Assembly: GCA_951406725.2 (NCBI GenBank)
Contig: OX597829.1
Location: 10,726,001 to 10,790,000 of the forward strand
Origin: Octopus vulgaris
Lineage: Eukaryota
Direction of reading: 5' to 3'
DNA: 64,000 nucleotides
Position 1 is the stretch's first letter. Every line of letters begins with the position of its first letter. The notes under the pieces were generated by a model. It saw nothing but the letters and a program-made list of their open reading frames with translations. It ran no database searches and had not been told where the DNA came from. Below are positions 25,138 through 38,680 of the stretch, one piece after another. The translations under genes and the position numbers were made by a program.

Positions 25138-25310
25138 ATCAGAATGAACATTTAACATTCTACTATTTCATTTTATTTTATTCAATTATAATATATTATC
25201 TTATAATATATCATTATAAGATTGTAAATAAAACGTGAAAATCAGACAAGGTTGGAATTCCTTTTATTAATATATTCTTCTATACACAATCACACACACC
25301 CATATATATA

Positions 25311-25364
<54 letters not shown>

Positions 25365-25523
25365 CATATTTACATATATATATACAGAGAGGGGGAAGGA
25401 AGGAAAGTGGGAATTAGGTATAATACATATATGTGTACATATAAGTAAATATATATGTATAGATGCATGTTTGCGTGTATATATATATAAATGTTTCTGT
25501 GTATATACACATTTATAAGTACA

Positions 25524-25592
<69 letters not shown>

Positions 25593-25623
25593 ATATGTAT
25601 ACATATGTACTCATATATATAAA

Positions 25624-26065
25624 TACAGGAGTTGGACAAAATAATGGAAACACCTAGCATCATAGCATCATAATTGTGAAATATCTATAAAACCGTCAAA
25701 AGCATGTTTATTTTTATGTTTCTTTTATTATTAGTTATGCTTAATATGCTTTGCTAAAATTGCTGTTTCTATTCAGATATCATCAGAAAAAGTGTAAATG
25801 AAATTCATTAAAATGACAGATCTATCAGACTTTCAAAGAGGTCAGATTGTTGGTGCTCGTATGGCAGGCACTAACATAACGAAAACAGCCGAAATGTTTA
25901 GAAATACTGTCTCGAAAGTAATGACATCCTTTGAGAAAGAGGGGCAAACCTCCTCGTCGAAACAAATCTCCGGAAAAAGACCAAAACTTTCAGATACGGA
26001 CCGTCGGACTCTTATGCGAATTGTTAGAAAGGATCACAAAAGTACAGCTCCCCAAATCACGGCAG
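25624..26065 (+). mobile_element. Tc1-family transposon, 5' fragment
   Basis: TA|CAGGAGTTGGACAAAATAATGGAAACACC left end. ORF MTDLSDFQRGQIVGARMAG..TVSKVM..GKRPKLSDTDRRTLMRIVRK (Tc1 HTH region). Confidence 0.85.
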
Positions 26066-28764
26066 ATTGCAATATATTATCATGCTTCGTTAGAAATCAG
26101 GAGTCAGACCGATTATCCGGAATATCCTACGGCCTAGCCACATACCAAATTAGACGGTACTACAGGACAGTGATATTCCTTCGTCTATATTGGCAATTTC
26201 TTGCATTGTCATATATTCAGTTCTCTTAATCTTATATTCAGTTCTCTTAATCACTTCAATCTTGCATTGAAGTGTATTGTGTTTGAATGAAAGAGGGAGT
26301 TTGATGAGAGTGCAGCCTTATTCACTTTAAAATGCTTTTGCGCTTGTCCAGCATTAGTATCATACGGGTAAGGCTGCTTGGTAGCAGCCTTACCCATATT
26401 ATCTAGTGTTGTACCTAGTGAGTAAGTTTCAAGAGCGTAGTGTACACTAAAAGCAGAAGCATTCGCATTTCTCTAGCGAGGGAAGGGACGCTATATGCTG
26501 TAGGACCTCCGATATCAAAGCTGCATATGTATACGTAGGTTTGATGAAGGGTGTTTTAGAAACTCTATCAGTTGCCTGTACATTCAAGTCTCCTTTCGCC
26601 ATGCGAATGATATTCAACCATATTAAAGCCTGCCAAATCAGGCGCTACCTATTGTTGTAAGCGTTGCTCTCAGAACAAAAACAGCCAAAAGCGATACCAC
26701 GGCACATAACGATATTCCTTCTAATAGTTTCGTCAGTCCACCAATTAGCTGAGTCGTTAGAATGTTAGATTCCAAGAAATCAAATGTGGCTTACCATCGC
26801 CATTTTGCTCAAGTTGGGGACAGGTAACGGTCAACCTGCGATTGTTGTAAACCCTGCAGAAGGCGCCATGTGTTTTGAAAGAAACAAAACATCCTGTGAA
26901 GCACATTCGGTGTTCAGTGGGAAGTGAGGGTAAGTTGCCTGGATTAGATGTCCAATTCCACGAACTTTGCGTATGTATGCCAGGCATGTTCTTTCCTTTC
27001 TTGGCAAGCATCTATAGCTATATCGATCATTTCTGACACGTACCGTTGACGATATGAATTTAACAAAGGTGTTAGAAAATTGGTTGACGCATCTAACTGT
27101 TAATGTGGTTGAGATAGTGTATACCTGATACTAGACATAGTGGAGAAGGTGGTAAACAAATTTGGCTTTTCAGACTTTCTGAACAATTTAAATCATTCGA
27201 AAACTTTTGAAAATAGTATATTTAACACCTGTTTCTAAAGTGGAAGGTTTTGTCCCAGAGTTTCAAGGTTGATCACTACAAATTTGCTCGGTGGTCAGAG
27301 TAAATGATTGCCCATAGGATTCGTTTTAAATCAACAGTTAGTCACTGAATGGGGTCCGCGCTCTTTGTCTGTCTCACTGTCTCACTCTTTCTCTTTGTTG
27401 GAAGACATCCTATTCAAATGCAGGAGGCTTCACAGCAATGGTGCAGAATAACACAAAGATCATGTATTTGCCAGCCTAAGGCATGCGCTTTGGCTTCCGA
27501 AAGGAACACATGTTCCACTGACAGGCGACTCATCTGTCGCCAACTTGGCTGCCTAGAATGCCCTATGGTATGCCATGGTTCACGATACGTAGATTTCTGC
27601 AGAATGGTGAGCGGGTATATTTCCCTTTTATAAGACACGTTCTGTATCCCCTCCACGAAATAACTCCATTCTTGGAATGATCAGTAGTACTGGGTTAAAG
27701 GAAGACTAAAACTGGGGATATGGGTTCTAGAATATAACTAGGCGCTCGCATCCATCTAATATTCAAACAATGTTGTTGGTGGAATAACATTAGCTATTTA
27801 TAAATGATTACTGGTGGGAAAGAGTAACAAAGTATTCAGAGAAAACCTAAGCATCGACAAAAAAAAAAGTCAACCAGCTGCTGTTGCCCAAATCTATGGA
27901 ACAACCTTCAGAAAGTCTTGGCTAGGTCAGCACTTCATAGGTTGAGCCAAACTCTCCAGGTAAGGAAATAACCGACTCCTGAGCTTGTCTAAAATGCGTG
28001 TAGAGTGACAAAACCATTCTGCAGGCATATGTTCTGTGTTCTTCATCGTGTCATACAACTGCTTTCGCGTGTAACACAAAGCTTGCCAACTTAGCCTTTC
28101 TTTAATCGCGGACATCCCAAAGACTTAATTGATGACAGTGGCAAAAAAGGTTGTATGTGGACAAAATTGAAAGAACTGATGACAGACTTTCATCTTCGGC
28201 CAACTTCTGATCCACATTCTCGAGAAATGTCTTGTTATCGAGTTGTTGGAATGTGGATGAGAATATCGAAAATGAGTCGAGGAAATGAGCCCACGCACAT
28301 CACACATCATGCACCTGGTGAGTACAGTAGGTAGAAGGCACTACCTTAGGTAGCCAAGGTAATACTGGATCTATGTGGTCCCCGAATTGTTCCTATGTAG
28401 CGGTCCTTCACTTTCGACATTATTATATTATTGCGTACCCTAAGTAAACCACTCACATTTCATTTCATAAGATTTTCATATAAACCCACACTTGTAATCC
28501 GATCATGTACTATCTTACACTATATGTTGTCCATGTGTTACTAATAAGTAAAAATCAATATTATTTTTCTTCCTTTTTCTTTCTTTCGTCATTAATCTTT
28601 TTTTATTGCGTACTCTCACTACAAAATCGAGCGCAGCTCTCTTTATTTTGTACACCTACAATATTTTATTTCAACTGTGTATTTTCTATTGCATTGACAG
28701 TAATTTACGCATTATGTGTAAAATACCTAGTAGTGATATTTCCATCATGGTGTGAATATGTATG

Positions 28765-29248
28765 TATTCATGAACTGATCTTGGAGGACCGTCGTAGAAC
28801 AATTAACGAACTTGTCGCTATGACTGGTGTATCTTGAAGCTTCTGCAGACAAATTTTGAGAGAGGAATTGCGAATGAAAAGAGTTGCAGCAAAATGTGTG
28901 CCATTCTTGCTCAAGGAAGATCGAAAGCAGTCACGACTGAATGCGTTTCGTGAACTGAGAGGACAGTTGGAAGTTGATCCGAATATTTTTTAGGTCATCA
29001 CTGGTGAAGAAAGCTAGGACTACGGAATTTGTAAATGTGGAAGAGGTAAAGAGGAAAACCACGGAGGCGTTAAAAGGCATCACTTCGCAAGAGTTCTGGG
29101 ATTGCTTCGAACTGTGAAAAACGCATCTGGACCAAAGCGTTGCTTCAAATGGAGAATACTTTGAAGGCAATAAAAGTGTAAAACATGTAGAACTAAGTGA
29201 ATAAAATAATATTGCAAAATTCCGATTTCTTTTGGGCACCTCCTTTTA
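28765..29248 (+). mobile_element. Mariner 3' fragment, same family as 15333-16401
   Basis: LILEDRRRTINELV, KRVAAKCVP, GEYFEG end and right TIR-like TTCCGATTTCTTTTGGGCACCTCC. Confidence 0.82.
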
Positions 29249-29769
29249 TAAGTTGTCTGTTTTCAGCCCTTCATACTGATTATTTCCATATTGCTATTTC
29301 GATATAAGTTTTTGCAGTTGATTTACAGCCTTAATAAGGAGAGTTCATTTGAGAAGAATTAGCAATCAAATTAGTACGGTAGCTGTTTTGGTTTTATCTC
29401 ATAATCATTGTTCTCCTAATCACGTGTTTTCATCCATTGTTTATGCTTTAAGCATTCTATCACGTCCATGTTTTTTCTATGAATTCTTTTATTTTGGTAT
29501 ATTTATTGTTAAAGACTTCATGAAATCGCATCCCTGCATTTTCAATCTTTTTAAAGAACTTACAATTACAACAAATGCTCATTTTCTTTGATTTTGAATA
29601 CATTATGTTGTGATATGTGTTCTTCCATTGCATAATATGTCTAGTTGGGAAATATATATATTTCTTTGATTTTGCGTTTTTTCTTTCATCGGAGAAAGGG
29701 TGCTACGTACACTCAGATAATTATTGATTTACAGCCTTGATAAGGAGAGATCGTTTGAGAGGATTTGGC

Positions 29770-30830
29770 CGTCTATTTCCTGGCTGCCGAGGCATCACGG
29801 GAGGTAGGTCTGAGTGTGTCTATACTAACGAACACAATTTTTGGGATTGATAGCTACGATGTTACACCTTGCAACCTCTTGTATGACATATGCTGGTCAT
29901 TCCGGTTTCTTCGGCAGCTGTCCGGTCGCCAACCCTTTGCTGCAACTCAGCTCAAGCGAAGTCCCGCTTGACAGTCGCCTCAAAGGCAGGATGCGCCATT
30001 TTTGTACAATTAAGAAACGGCGAATAGGGAGGTAGAAGTTCCAGACTGATCCAAGGGTTGGCGTCAGCTGAGAGCTCGACACGAGCGTGTGGCCATGCAT
30101 TGTTGTAGATCAAGTAGACAGATTTATCCGCTAGGAACATGTCGGCACATGCTCGAACTGTTTCCACCAAGAACTCCTCGAAAGAATTTCGTGTAACGGT
30201 ATTGTTCGCAATGGAATGGTGAACCAAGTCGATTTCTCCCGACACCGCGAATGTGACGTTGCAGTTTTTCCTACGCTGACAGTAAACAGAAACGTCTCGA
30301 GGGGCTCGTCCAAAAGACCGCCCGGTCCAAAAGTTGTACTCACATTCGTCAATGAATACACAATAGCCGAGGATTCCTTCTTCCATGAACCAATGCACGT
30401 ACTCATAACTCTTTTCCAGAGCTCTTGGGGCATTTCTTGCATCTGGGACATCTTCGGCCAACTTCATAGTTATCAACATCCCGTTTAGACTGCAGACATG
30501 GAACAGGTGGCTTTCCGGGCAACGTTGCCTCTAAGTCCCTCTTCACCTGTTGAAGGATTGCGAGTGGGTTGGTATCAATAACCCCCTGAATCCTAGCTCT
30601 CATTTCCTCATCAACCTTAACGTGGTTGGCACCTCCTCTGGGCAACTTGTGGCCTCCTCTTAAACAGTAGGTAGGTTGCTACTATGGATCGGGCAGTACT
30701 TCTTTTAATGCCAAATGTGTCTGCCAGTCAAAGGTAATCGATTTGATGCCCCTCGAAGGCGCCAGCCACCCTTGCCCTATCTTCATCCGATATATGCATG
30801 TACCTTACGTGTGGTTCCATGATTACAAGT
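29770..30830 (-). mobile_element. IS630/Tc1-mariner-type DDE transposase pseudogene
   Basis: VFIDE, YLIYNNAWPH and LLPPYSPFLN motifs, N-terminal HTH with PRGG. Frameshifted. Ends not resolved. Confidence 0.82.
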
Positions 30831-31242
30831 TGGTGCAAAAGAAAGGAATATAAAACGCAACTGATACTGACCGGTTACGAATGTTGCAATGAAAAAGAAT
30901 TTCGTGGACAGAAGAATCACGTAATTCCTTCTTTCTTGTTGCTATGACAACATAATAGAATTTGCATGACTCAACGTCATGTAGATTTTTCGTTTTTAAC
31001 ATTCTCTTCTCAGAATGTGAGTAAAAACACACACATGCTAAATTAGTGCTAAATTGAATAAACTTAGAAATAAAACATTTCTAAATCTCTCAATAAAGTG
31101 ATGGTATGTTATCAACTTAATATGACAGTCCCATGAAAGGGAAGAATGCTACTGTTATTTAGCCCTAGGAAACACCGTTTCCTGTTGGCCTTGACAAATT
31201 CCATGTGTCTTTATGTTTACAAAGGGGAGATAAGTACCTCCA

Positions 31243-31285
31243 TCCAGAGATTAGTTTCAGAGTCATTGCTCATCATCAGTCTGGA
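31243..31285 (-). ncRNA. Minimal type I hammerhead
   Basis: TCCAGA-CTGATGA-TGAG-CAATGA-CTCT-GAAA-CTAA-TC-TCTGGA. Canonical core and 6-bp helix I. Helix III is one substitution from the palindrome ACTAGT. Confidence 0.75.
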
Positions 31286-31910
31286 GTAAGCATGGCTTTC
31301 TAGCTGTCGAAGAATAAACTTATTCCGAACACGAATGCCCACGTATAAATCTGAATACTCGAAAAACGCTTCCTAGCATTCCGACCAATTTAATGCTCTC
31401 GATGGGCATTTTAATTTGAATGAGGCAAATACTAAATTCATTGACCGAAGTTCGAAATTGAATGATCGAAAAACCAATTTGAATTACTAACTTCATGGAG
31501 CTAATTCTTTTCGAGACTTTAAATGACTCGATTGTCAAATTGAATGACAAATATACGAAAATGACTGCAAAAACCTATATTTGGATAGCTTCTCAATTTT
31601 TTTTTTTTTTTTAGAGTTATATTATCGTCTACGGAAACTGATGTTTCGACCTATATCGACCTATATCGACCTTACTTGCTTACAGTAGAAAATACATTCT
31701 CGTCGTTAGTGCCGGAAATGTCCCCTTCAAGTTGTATCATCTCATTGTATTTCTAACGGTCACCGTATTCAGATTTTAAAGCGTGGAAAGCTTTTATTGA
31801 AGTCAAAAAGAGGGGAAATTATGACAGAAATGAACCAAACAAAGACGTGAAAACCACCAAAAAGTGGAACATTACCTTCTTTGAATATGATATTCGAGTC
31901 ATATGAAAAT

Positions 31911-33665
31911 GCTGCGAGAGCTTGATAGATCTAAAGAAAGGCCCGAAGGAAGGTTCAGAGGAACATGTGGTATTGGAGAAAGGTGGCAGGAAGAGCTTGA
32001 TAAGCAGAAGGAGAAAGAGAAACAGGAAAATCAGGCGCAGCTACAGAAACGGAGGGAGGCGGTGGACGTGAAGTAGAATCAAGAAATGCGGAGGAGGGGG
32101 AGGAGCAAGTGGAGGAGAAGAAGCAAGAGCAGAAGGAGGAGGGGAACCACTGAGACAAGATTTTGAAAGACACTCAGGCAAGTAGTGAATTTATGTAAGT
32201 ATTCGATCAGATTTTAGTTTCCATTCTTAGTTTTCTTGTGCTGGAGGGACTGTAAATGTTTTTTGGCTTAACATAATTAACGAATATTAAAATAGATGTA
32301 ATTAAAGATTTTCATACGTGTGTGTGTGTGTGTGTATTGGGAGAAGTTTCTGATAGTGCTGACAGGATAAATTTGGTCAGGACAGCAAGCTGTTCATGCT
32401 AAAACATGTTTAGTCCCGTCCAGACATAAACCTGTTGCCTATAAGTATAGAAACTCCAATTTACTTTGCTTGTAAATGCTATAGTGCTAACAGCAACAAC
32501 CAGAGAGTACTTTCCCTTGAATTTATGCCAGGCACATATTTTGTTTTGCCGCGGAGCTGTCTGAATCATCATGCTGCGTATATGCTAACTTAACATTAAA
32601 ATCTCAGAAACCTACCATTTCGCCATTATTAAAAACAGAAATGCTATGAACTTTATTTCGAATATAAAGTAGGTGAACACGACCCTCGCATTTGCAGTGT
32701 GACAAGTTTGGGCTGAAATATATAATCTTTTCTAATCTAGGCACAAGGCCCGACATTTTGGAGGAGGGACCCAGTCGATTAGATCGACCGCAGTACGTAA
32801 CTGGTACTTAATTTATCGACTCCGAAAGGATGAAAGGCAAAGTCGACCTCGGCGGAATTTGAACTCAGAACATAAAGACAGACAAAATACCGGTAAGAAT
32901 TTCGCCCGGCGTGCTAACGCTTCTGCCGGCTGGCCGAATTGGCTGAAATATATAATGATGAACGAAATAATTCAGCAATTATTGCAGTTAGTCATAAGTA
33001 TGAGTACGTTTCAATTCAATCTGCATAATCAAAATTAATCTCCTTTTGAATTGACTTTGGAAGGGCTCTAAGGGAAGGTCAGCAAAAAGCATTCTGAGCA
33101 CCTCTTAACATTTACAGTTATATATTTAAATATCTGTTATGCTGTCAAATTTCAATTCAACACTTGACTGTGTCAACAAAATGTTGCCTTTCATTCTTAG
33201 TTTATTATTCATCAGAATGAATATGTTTAACAGTAGTATGCTTGAACTGGTGTAACCTGTTGCATGGAGAAGTCGTTGGCACCTAATCTGAAAACATCAC
33301 AAAAAATTGCTTACAGAGCATTTCGATTTGAGATACTCTCGGAAGAATGAAAAGCAAAACCGTCGAAGTGTGGACGAACTCAAAGGAATCAAAAGTTATC
33401 CAGTAATATAATACATACATATAAGAGTAAACTTACCAATAACGACTGCAAATCCGGAGCTGCGAGAGCTTGATAGATCTAAAGAGAGGCCCGAAGGAAG
33501 GTGCAGAGGAACATGTGGTATTGGAGAAAGGTGGCAGGAAGAGCTTGATAAGCAGAAGGAGAAAGAGAAACAGGAAAATTAGGAGCAGCTACAGAAACGG
33601 AGGAAGACGGCGGACGTGAAGTAGAATCAAGAAATGCGGCGGCGGAGGAGGAGGAGGAGGAGGAG
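31911..33665 (+). repeat. About 190-bp purine-rich direct repeat pair (31911-32105 and 33460-33665)
   Basis: Near-identical GCTGCGAGAGCTTGATAGATCTAAAGA...AGTAGAATCAAGAAATGCGG in both places. Confidence 0.85.
32730..32937 (-). mobile_element. SINE family B (Nin-domain-like)
   Basis: tRNA-like head with GAGTTCAAATTCC B box plus GCCGAGGTCGACTTTGCCTTTCATCCTTTCGGAGTCGATAAA. Confidence 0.8.
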
Positions 33666-36331
33666 GACGGCAGCAACCAAGCCTAGTGAAAATATAAACT
33701 AAGATCGACACAATCGAAAATATCAGGTAGTTAAGATTTGGCGGAGTCCCTTGGAGTGAATATTTTCATCAAGTCATTTCAGTATGTGTTGTTGGTGGCG
33801 AAAGGAAATTACGAAACCCAGTAAGTTAATAAGACTGGCGATTAAAGCAATGAAATGGCTTTCGGAGAGCGTAAACAGTTTCTCAAACAGATCAACTTCG
33901 TTCAGTAGAGAAGCTGAAATGATTGTTTTGCCCCTAAGAATTTTGATAAGATCTCCGAACATTTTGAAAACACGAGGTTGAATTTCTTTTTTAAAGATAT
34001 GACAAACGCCAATAAAACTGCATTTAAACAAGCAAACGTGTCATTTGTACTACACAGAGGAAAATGATTTCACAAACTGTAATTTTCAAATAAAACAATA
34101 AAAAGGTAGAAAATCTTCTACTAATTTTTCTTGAAAAAAAAAGCAATTCTGAGTATAGGATAACTCTCAGAAAAGAGTGAGGCAAGTGTTTCACCAAGTC
34201 TGTCTCTTTATTTGATGGTCTTATTCAAGAACGGACAAGAAGAAATATAATATTTCTCTACGTTTAAAAAAACATCTGAGGATTTTTCAGTGTAATCTCA
34301 CCGGAGCATTTGAAAGCAGCTTTAGCTAATATACGGAATTTTGTAGTTTTTATGAATCGAGAAAAAATATATGTGTTTAAACATTCGTCCCCAAACTAAG
34401 GACAACGGGAAGATGTGTTGATGCGTTATACACATTAAGTGGTGTATTGCAATCAGAGTTATTGGCAGTAGTATTGATCCTACCATTGTATTGCAGTACG
34501 AGCAGGTAATGTGAGCCGAAATTATCAAAATCGAGATGTGGTCATCGGGCGTCTGCAAGGACATAAAGATCTCATTGATCCCCGAAAGCCACAGAGCCAT
34601 CCAGGACTTGAATCCAATCTTCGGTGTAGAAAGACAACTCAAATATTAACCATGTAACAGTATGAATCAAAGGAATTTTTTCTACCATGAGGAGCTAGAA
34701 AACCTGGTGAAAATAGGAATGGTATGAGAGAGGAAAAGAGAGAGAAAATGCACTGAAGGGAGAGAGACATGTAGAGAATGCATGTCCCGGAAATTGCTGT
34801 TTCCACAATACTAGTTCTAGCTCCGATAATAACCGGAAAAGGCCTCCTATACGGTACCACCAATTGGCAGCCAATGGAATGGGCAGAGACCAGAAAACTG
34901 AAGCCAGAAAACGGAGACCACCCCATCTATCGCCTTATCGTAATAAGGACAAAGGGAAGGCTAAAAAGCGATGACAAGCTATGGTTAATGAGAAAAAAAG
35001 CACAAGAACGCGAAAACAAAAAAAATGTGCTCAGAGAGTGACTAAGGCGCAAAGGGTGGAGCCCAAATTTTCCATTTATGTTGAGCATTATATGAGAGTT
35101 GATATGAAAACCGTATTCAAGTTAAACATGTTGATGTATCTGCAGACGATATACTGACTGAGGATCAGCAGGAGTGGGAAATTGGCTAATCTAATCAAGA
35201 AAATGACTTCCTATTCGGGTCTATGTAGGATACCAATCTGTGTTACATAATCGTATATTCATTCTATGTTGTCAATTTATAAGATAAAATGTTAATATGT
35301 TCATTGTAAAATGTCTATATCAATCCTCTTGTTATATATCTTTGTCACACCAAATCCCGCTTTTGTGACGAGGATAAGGTTTATTATGTGTATGCATAGA
35401 TCCTTAAGGCCAATAGTTAATTTATTGTTGTTGTTGTTATCGTCACCAATTTGTTGATGTTGTTGTTGTTGTTATCTAAATGCGTTTAGTTCGAGTTGGT
35501 CTTTGCCTGAGAGTCCTATTGTTTATAACATGGAAACTCGAAGAAGAAGAAAAAGGCACTTAAATCATGTTTACCTCACTGTCAAAGCTATGCTGAACTG
35601 CTGTCACCAACACCTCATAGGTCATTCAGGACACTGACCTGTAGCCATGATATAACTCTCTAACCAAAGCTTGCAAGCAAAAATAAATCGTGCAAAATTA
35701 ACTGTCAGCTAAGTAAATCTCTTGTAAATATGTTTTCCAAGTAGTTTTCCTTTGTAGCTTTTGTTAATGGACGTGTCTACGTTAACATAAAGACACCTGT
35801 AGCGTTAGGATCAAAGAATGTCTGCGTGAATTTTGCCAATCATCTCATTTGCAAATTCTTTTTGTTTAGCTCTTTCTTTCTTCATAACGTTCCATGAATC
35901 AAAAAACAAAATAAGAGGATAGAAGAAAGTAATAAAAAAAAATGATTGAATGCGTGGATAAATAAAAGAAAAGAAGAGACATTTCAAGTTAATTTCTTAG
36001 AAATATACTAATCTCTTTATTGGCGGTATCGCTTTATTCAGCTTAAAATTACCATTAAAAACTTACAATTCTGAATCTTGTTCTGCTAATATAAATGATA
36101 ATGAAATTAAACCACTAGATATTTTCAGCCATCGATTTCTAATACATGTACAAAACCACAGAAAATAGTTTGGTGTATTAAGAGTGGGGAGATTTCACAT
36201 CGTTACAGGCACAGAACAAAGCTCATGGTTAAGACACTGGCTTTCCAAATAGTTTCATTTATCGAAATTTAGATGGGTACTGTATTAAAGAGAATATACA
36301 ATACCGCAAGAAACAACGCTATAAAATTTAT

Positions 36332-36760
36332 CAGGAGTGGCTGCGTGGTAAGTAGCTTGCTGTGTGGTAAGTAGCTTGCTTACCAGCCACATGGTTCTGG
36401 GTAGAGTTTCCCTGCGTAGCACCTTGAGCGAGTATCTTCTACTATAGCCTCGGGCCGACCAAAGCCTTGTGAGTGGATTTGGTAGACCGAAGCTGAAAGA
36501 AGCCCGTCATATATAGGTATATGTATATATGTATGTGTGTGTAAAAGTTTGTGTGTCTGTTTGTCCCCCTTCCCAAAATCACTTACCACTGATGCTGGTG
36601 TGTTCACGTCCCCGTCACTTAGCGGTTCGGCAAAATAGACCGATAGAATAAGTACTAGGCTTACAAAGAATAAGTCCTGTGGTCGATTTGCTCGACTAAA
36701 GGCGGTGCTCCAGCATGGCCGCAGTCAAATGACTGAAGCACGTAAAAGAGTAAAAGAGTA
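36332..36760 (+). mobile_element. SINE family A, full length
   Basis: Head GGAGTGGCTGCGTGGTAAGTAGCTTGC, internal microsatellite, tail ending AAAAGAGTAAAAGAGTA. Confidence 0.85.
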
Positions 36761-36964
36761 ATGTTTTGCTAGCATCAGTGTTGAATCAACTCCTCGGAGA
36801 CGGATGAAAGCTTCTGAAGTGTTGACTGGATACAATACTAGATGTAATATTTTCAGTTGTTTTTTGTTTTTTCCATAACCTCTTGTGCTATGAGATGTTT
36901 CATGTAAAAACAAACTGGGTTCATTTCCTTTTTCTGTTCGTCAATGCCTTTATTAAATGGGCTA

Positions 36965-37760
36965 CCTTTTATCCTTTGCTTGTTTCCGTCATTAAATTGC
37001 GGCCATGCTGGAGCACCACCTTGAAGAATTTTAGTCGAATGAATCGACATCACTCTTTTACTATTTTACTAGTCTCAGTCATTTGACTCTGGCCATGCTG
37101 GAGCACCGCCTTTAGTCGAGCACATCGACGCCAGGACTTATTCTTTGTAAGCCTAGTACTTACTCTATCGGTCTCTTTTGACGAACCGCTAAGTTACGGC
37201 GACGTAAACACACCAGCATAGGTTGTCAAACGATGTTGGGGGGGGGACAAACACACGCACAAACATACACACACACACATATATATATACTTATATACGA
37301 CGGGCTTCTTTCAGTTTCCATCTTCCAAATCCACTGACAAGGCTTTGGTCGGCCCAAGGCTATAGTAGAAGACACTTACCCAAGGTGCCACGCAGTGGGA
37401 CTGAACCCGAAACCATGTGGTTGGTAAGCAAGCTACTTATCACACAGCCACTCCTACGCCTACTTATTTTATTCTTTTTCAAGTATGGTACATATCCTGT
37501 CGGTCTCTTTCGCCGAACCGCTAAATTACGAGAACGTTAACACACCAACACCGGTTGCCAAGCGGTGATGGTGACAAACACAGACACAAAGACACCCACA
37601 TATATAACGACGGACTTCTTTTAGTTTTCACTTACTAAATCCACTCAGAAGACCCGAGGCTATTGTTGAACACACTTGTCCAAGGGGCTACACAGTGGAA
37701 CTGGACCCAGAGCTATGTGGCTGGGAAGCGAACTTCTCACTACGGAGCCACGCCTGCACC
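36965..37760 (-). mobile_element. Cluster of SINE family A copies and fragments
   Basis: Full copy at about 37055-37460, diverged copy at about 37495-37760, tail fragment at about 36965-37050. Confidence 0.8.
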
Positions 37761-38279
37761 TATATTTATACGTAGTGAAAAACTAAATATCATGGCAAGG
37801 ATTCTCTTTCTCAAGGATATTAACGTCAGAGTTAAAATGAAATTATTCCATGTGAATATCAAAACCGTGTTGTTGACCCAACTCATCGGGACATTATCTT
37901 TCTGTCCTACATCTCTCATCAGAGGATGTTGGGTTGTTCGTGTGAAATTAAACAGTTCTAACCGGATGTCACCTGGGGGTTTCCCCTCTTTCTTTACGTT
38001 TCTGTACACTAATAGATAAAATATGACATGTATAAATATAGTTGACGTGTTATGTACCAAACGATTAGTCTACATTTGATGAATATGTAATGATTTCAGA
38101 AAAAGCGCAATATGTAGGATTGCCAGACAGGATTACAAGTGGCAGATATCGCTTCTTTTCAGAACTGCACGTCCTTTTTCTCTTCTTTATTTCTTCAATT
38201 TTTCAGTTTTCTTTTTTTTTTTACTGTTTAAAAGAGTTTTGAATATAAGAATGTTTTTGAATATCTTTATATACTCTGA

Positions 38280-38680
38280 ATTTTATCTCTTAAGTGTTTC
38301 AGTCATTGAACTTTGGCCAGGCTGTGGCATTGCCGTTTTGATAGGTTTTAGTCGAACAAAGTCACCCCAGTACTCATGTTTAAACCTATTCTGTAAATTG
38401 TTCTGGAACTTATTCTTTCTGACTCATTCGCCCAAAAACGCTAAGTTACGGAGAAGTAAACAAACTAACACTCGTCAACAAATTAGGGAAGGACAAAGAC
38501 GGACGTTTCAACTAATATATATGGAACGGGTTTCAACACGGTTTCCGTTTACAAGATTCATTCACAAAAATGCTGATCGACTCAAAGCTATTATACGAGT
38601 AACTTCCTGAAAGTGTTGAGCACTGGTGCTGAACTCGAAACTTCGGAGTCCCAAAGCAAGCTTCTTAACCACATAGTCAT
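38280..38680 (-). mobile_element. Highly diverged SINE family A-like copy
   Basis: Residual TTTCAGTCATT..GGCCAGGCT, CGCTAAGTTACGG and TTAACCACATAGTC motifs in family order. Confidence 0.5.

Larger units (their letters stand above)
23578..25272 (-). mobile_element. 5'-truncated Penelope-like element with about 200-bp inverted pLTRs
   Basis: 23578-23779 is a near-perfect reverse complement of 25071-25272. Uninterrupted thumb-linker-GIY-YIG frame (C..RCGTC, NLIYCIKC..YVGQTG..R..VHR). Confidence 0.92.
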
